A stretch of DNA of 64,000 nt from Myxococcota bacterium (GTDB taxonomy: Bacteria; Myxococcota_A; UBA796; CAJQPC01), in the NCBI GenBank assembly GCA_036229005.1, contig JAZAMN010000011.1, positions 64,001 to 128,000 of the forward strand. Reading direction: 5' to 3'. The notes under the pieces are model-generated. The model worked only from the letters and a program-made list of their open reading frames with translations, was not told the DNA's origin and ran no database searches. The first letter of the stretch is position 1. Each line of letters starts with the position of its first letter. Below, piece by piece: positions 60,360-64,000 of the stretch. Made by a program: the position numbers and the translations under genes.

Positions 60360-61970
60360 TCAGTCGATCAGGCGGCGCTCCAGCACGGTGTCCCGGATCC
60401 AGCGGTCGTCGCTCTCCGGGAAGTCCAGGGTGTAGTGCAGCCCGCGGCTCTCACGGCGCCGTAGGGCCGACTCCACCACCAGCCCGGCCACATCGGCCAG
60501 GTTCCGGAGCTCCACAAGCTCCGGCGTCAGCACCGTCTCCCAGTAGTAGTGGCGCAGCTCGTCCTTGACCATCTGGACGCGCCGGCGGGCCCGCTTGAGG
60601 CGGTTGGTCGTGCGGACGATGCCCACGTAGTCCCACATGAACTTCTGGATCTCGGCCCAGGTGTGCTTGATCACCACCAGCTCGTCGGCCGGGACCGCGT
60701 GCCCGACATCCCAGGCCGGCAGCGTCGAGGGGATCTCTCCGGTCCGACCGCGCGCCTCGTTGGCGGCTGCGTGCGCGAAGACCGCGGCCTCCAGCAGCGA
60801 GTTGCTCGCGAGGCGGTTGGCCCCATGCAGCCCCGTGCAGCTCGCCTCTCCGATCACGAAGAGGTTCCGGATGGAGGACTCACCGTTCAGGTCCGTCCGG
60901 ACGCCGCCGCACACATAGTGACAGGCGGGGACCACCGGGATGGGGGCCTCGGCCATGTCATGGCCGGCCTCCTTGCAGTGCTTGTAGATGGCCGGGAAGT
61001 GGTCCATCAGGAACTCCCGGCTGTGGTGCGTCATGTCCAGGTACACGCAGTCATCGCCGCGGCGCTTGAGCTCTGCGTCGATCGCGCGCGCCACGATGTC
61101 GCGGGGGGCCAGCTCAAGGCGCTCGTCGTAGTTGACCATGAAGCGCTCGCCGCCCGAGTTCAGCAGGCGCCCGCCCTCTCCGCGGAGGGCCTCACTCACC
61201 AGGAAGCTGTCCTTGCCCGGGTTGTAGAGCGTGGTCGGGTGGAACTGCACGAACTCCATGTTCGCGATCCGTGCCCCGGCCCGCCAGGCCATGGCCATGC
61301 CGTCACCCGTCGCCACCCGCGGGTTGGAGGTGAAGCGGTAGATCTGCCCGGCACCGCCAGCGCAGAGGGCGACGACCCGGGCTGAGACGGCGCTCACCGT
61401 TCCCGACGGCTCGTCCAGTACGTAGGCGCCCACCACCCGGTCGGGGTAGCTCGGCAAAGGCCCGCCGCGCCGGCAGAGCCAGGCCTCGGTGATCAGGTCC
61501 ACGACCGTCTGGTGCTCGCGGATCTCGATGTTCGGGTGGACCCGGACCGCCTCGGACAGCGCCCGGACGATCTCCGCCCCGGTCTGGTCCCGAGCGTGCA
61601 GGATGCGGCGGGTGCTGTGGCCCCCCTCCCTGTGCAGCTCGTGCTCGTCAGGGCGGCCTTCGCGCTTGTCGAAGCTCACGCCCAGCTCGATCAGCTCTCG
61701 GATCCGCTCGGGTCCGGTCCGCACCACGTGCTCCACGGTCTCCCGGCGGCAGAGCCCCGCGCCGGCGACCAGGGTGTCCTGGATGTGGTCCTCGAAGCGA
61801 TCCTTGTCGTCCCAGACCGCGGCCACACCGCCCTGGGCGTAGCGGGAGTTGGACTCCCGGAGCACATCCTTGGTCACCAGGAGCACGCGGCCGGTGTCGG
61901 CCACCTTGAGGGCAAAGAGCATGCCCGCGAGTCCCGAGCCAATCACCAGATAGTCGCAGCACTGCGTCAT
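60360..61970 (-). CDS. nadB: L-aspartate oxidase
   Basis: IGSGLAG, SRYAQGGVA, REGGHS, QFHPT, GLHGANRLASNSL and ESRGLHY. Confidence 0.95.
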   Translation of the reverse strand: MTQCCDYLVIGSGLAGMLFALKVADTGRVLLVTKDVLRESNSRYAQGGVAAVWDDKDRFEDHIQDTLVAGAGLCRRETVEHVVRTGPERIRELIELGVSFDKREGRPDEHELHREGGHSTRRILHARDQTGAEIVRALSEAVRVHPNIEIREHQTVVDLITEAWLCRRGGPLPSYPDRVVGAYVLDEPSGTVSAVSARVVALCAGGAGQIYRFTSNPRVATGDGMAMAWRAGARIANMEFVQFHPTTLYNPGKDSFLVSEALRGEGGRLLNSGGERFMVNYDERLELAPRDIVARAIDAELKRRGDDCVYLDMTHHSREFLMDHFPAIYKHCKEAGHDMAEAPIPVVPACHYVCGGVRTDLNGESSIRNLFVIGEASCTGLHGANRLASNSLLEAAVFAHAAANEARGRTGEIPSTLPAWDVGHAVPADELVVIKHTWAEIQKFMWDYVGIVRTTNRLKRARRRVQMVKDELRHYYWETVLTPELVELRNLADVAGLVVESALRRRESRGLHYTLDFPESDDRWIRDTVLERRLID

Positions 61971-62019
61971 GGGATCTCCAGCGATCCTGATACCATGATC
62001 GACCGGAGACTGGACCCCG

Positions 62020-62607
62020 ATGCTGCTTCTGGCCTTGCTCAGCGCTGGTGACATCTTCATGCGGGTCGAAGAAGACGGCTCGCTGACCTTCACCGATGTC
62101 CCCGCCGAAGAAGAGAGCTTCACCCTGTTCCTTCGGGAGAAGCCCCTCCCCGCTCCGACTGCGGTCTCCCTCAAGACCTTCCCGCTGCTGGACACCTGGG
62201 ACGAGGACATCCTGGACGCCGCCAAGCGCTACGGGGTCGAGGCGGCCCTGATCAAGGCCGTCTGCGTGGCGGAATCGGGCATGAACCCCAACGCGGTCTC
62301 CCCCGCCGGCGCCCAGGGGCTGATGCAGCTCATGCCGGCGACCGCCACATCGCTGGCCGTCCTGGACGCCTTCGATCCCATCCAGAACATCGACGGAGGC
62401 ACCCGCTACCTCAAGCGGCAGCTCCGCCGCTTCGGCTCCAAGGAGCTCGCGCTGGCCGCGTACAACGCCGGGCCTCACAACGTCGAGAAGCACGGGGGCA
62501 TCCCTCCCTTCGAGGAGACCCAGCGCTACGTCCCCCGGGTCCTCTCGCTCTACGAGTTCTTCCGGGTGCAGCGCCCCGTGGTCGCGCCCGTTAGCCAAAC
62601 CGAGTGA
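62020..62607 (+). CDS. Soluble lytic transglycosylase (SLT domain) with short N-terminal DUF4124-like segment
   Basis: [30 protein letters not shown] and [12 protein letters not shown]. Confidence 0.9.
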   Translation: MLLLALLSAGDIFMRVEEDGSLTFTDVPAEEESFTLFLREKPLPAPTAVSLKTFPLLDTWDEDILDAAKRYGVEAALIKAVCVAESGMNPNAVSPAGAQGLMQLMPATATSLAVLDAFDPIQNIDGGTRYLKRQLRRFGSKELALAAYNAGPHNVEKHGGIPPFEETQRYVPRVLSLYEFFRVQRPVVAPVSQTE

Positions 62608-63221
62608 GCCAGCCTCCCTTCTACCGTCGCCCCGGCTTCTGGAACCTCCCGAACGCCATCACCGTCGCCCGCATCTTCGCGGTGCCGTTGATGGTGTGGG
62701 TCCTCTGGGACGAGCCCGGCAGGATGGAGGCCATCCTGGCCTGCGGGATCTTCGTCACCGCCATGCTGACGGACGTCCTGGACGGCTACCTGGCGCGCAA
62801 GTGGAAGCTCGTGTCCGTCGCCGGGGCCTTCCTGGACCCCCTGGCCGACAAGCTCATGGTCGCGACCACCATGGTCATGATGGTGGCGCTGGACTGGCTC
62901 CCCGCCTGGATCGCCGCCCTCATCATCTGCCGCGAGTTGACCATCACCGCCCTGCGGACCGTCGCTCTTTCCGAGGGCCTCAAGCTCCCCGCGGACAGCC
63001 TCGGCAAGTTCAAGACCGCCTTCCAGAGCACCGCCCTGGGCTACCTGCTCTGGCACTACCCCACCGAGCTGTGGCCGGGCTTCACCGTCTCCGCCACCAG
63101 CGTCGGCTACATCCTGCTGCTGATCGCCGTCGCCTTCACCATCATCTCCGCGTTCAACTACCTGTGGAACTTCTTCAAGCACGCCGCGGAGAAGGAGCGG
63201 AGGGAGGGGCTGCGGCCCTGA
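62604..63221 (+). CDS. pgsA: CDP-diacylglycerol--glycerol-3-phosphate 3-phosphatidyltransferase
   Basis: NLPNAIT and DVLDGYLAR...[10 protein letters not shown]. Confidence 0.92.
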   Translation: MSQPPFYRRPGFWNLPNAITVARIFAVPLMVWVLWDEPGRMEAILACGIFVTAMLTDVLDGYLARKWKLVSVAGAFLDPLADKLMVATTMVMMVALDWLPAWIAALIICRELTITALRTVALSEGLKLPADSLGKFKTAFQSTALGYLLWHYPTELWPGFTVSATSVGYILLLIAVAFTIISAFNYLWNFFKHAAEKERREGLRP

Positions 63222-63335
63222 GGGGGACCCCACCCCAACTCGGTTGCGAGTGGAGCGGGCCAAGAACCCCCACCAGGAGGGCTTGATTCTCCCCAGTGTC
63301 TTTGCGCCTGCTATGGTCGGGGCAGAGGAGGGGAG

Positions 63336-64000
63336 ATGCTCACGCTGTTCATTGGATGCTTGGTTTCGCCAGGGGAATACGAACTACTGCTTGAGGACGC
63401 TCAGGACGCCGACGACGACGGCGACATCTCGGAGGTCTACGGTGGTGCCGACTGCGATGATGCTGATCACGCAATCCACAGCCGAGCCCAGGAACTTTGC
63501 GACCAGATCGACAACGACTGCGACGGTCTCATTGACGAGGGCATAGCCACCCAAGCCTGGTACCTCGATGCCGACCGCGATGGCTTTGGAGACTTGAGCA
63601 CAGCCGTGGACCGCTGCTCCGCCCCTGAGGACCATGTCCTGGAGCCTGGCGACTGCGACGACAGCGAGGATGATGTGAACCCTGATGCAGAAGAGATCTG
63701 CAACGACGGGATAGACAATGACTGCGACGGGGGAGCTCCCGAATGTGCATGGGGCGGGACCTATGACCTGGCCCTGGCTGACGCCGTGATCCGGAGCGAA
63801 TCAGGCCTCGACTACTTTGGACTCACGCTGGCTGTCGTCGACGCCAACGGAGATGGCACGGATGAAGTCGCCATCGGTGCCCCGTTCCGAGACAGCGACG
63901 AGTTCTCCGACGCTGGCGTTGTCTACCTCTTCTCCAACGTGACCGGCAGCCACTTCGCGCACGAAGAGGCAACTTGGCAGGTTCCAGGAACTGAGTCTGG
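63336..64000 (+). CDS. MopE-repeat/FG-GAP lipoprotein, paralog of 46489..48333 (truncated by window end)
   Basis: Read manually: GAGGAGG RBS, then MLTLFIGCLVSPGEY...DCDD...GIDNDCDGGAPEC...DANGDGTDEVAIGAP. No stop before 64000. Confidence 0.82.
   Translation, partial: MLTLFIGCLVSPGEYELLLEDAQDADDDGDISEVYGGADCDDADHAIHSRAQELCDQIDNDCDGLIDEGIATQAWYLDADRDGFGDLSTAVDRCSAPEDHVLEPGDCDDSEDDVNPDAEEICNDGIDNDCDGGAPECAWGGTYDLALADAVIRSESGLDYFGLTLAVVDANGDGTDEVAIGAPFRDSDEFSDAGVVYLFSNVTGSHFAHEEATWQVPGTES

Overview
High-GC bacterial chromosome segment, most likely from a Myxococcota-type (myxobacteria-related) organism. This rests on a contiguous gltA/B-C-D-E-F-G-H (Agl-Glt/Nfs-type) envelope machinery cluster, MYXO-CTERM-like tails, an AgmX/PglI-C domain protein and a TonB-fused TonB-dependent receptor. 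The window also holds two tRNAs (Met-CAT, Cys-GCA), two TRAP systems (a TakP-like one and a TatT-containing TPAT), an exbB-exbD-tonB-TBDR operon, a GT2-GT4-PBP1A-lipoprotein operon and an orphan rplC. Other genes are scoAB, guaB, pyrE, yigZ, pepP, nadB, slt, pgsA and several acidic repeat surface proteins. No integrase, transposase or CRISPR array was seen. The most unusual signals are: (1) many exported proteins with ultra-short, uncharged signal peptides (lipobox Cys at residue 8-14) alongside classical ones; (2) an exact non-palindromic 17-bp motif GGGTGACCTCGCTTGGG occurring three times at permissive sites; (3) a compositionally atypical secreted glycine-zipper protein plus membrane protein pair (toxin/immunity-like) with an RBS-occluding hairpin, inserted between TRAP genes; (4) a small lipoprotein made of three Cys4/His/Met repeats; (5) a shared 11-bp-period TTGAC direct repeat upstream of two glt transcription units; (6) paralogous integrin-alpha-like (FG-GAP) lipoproteins with apparently swapped heads. 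All family assignments come from motif recognition by eye; no database searches were run.
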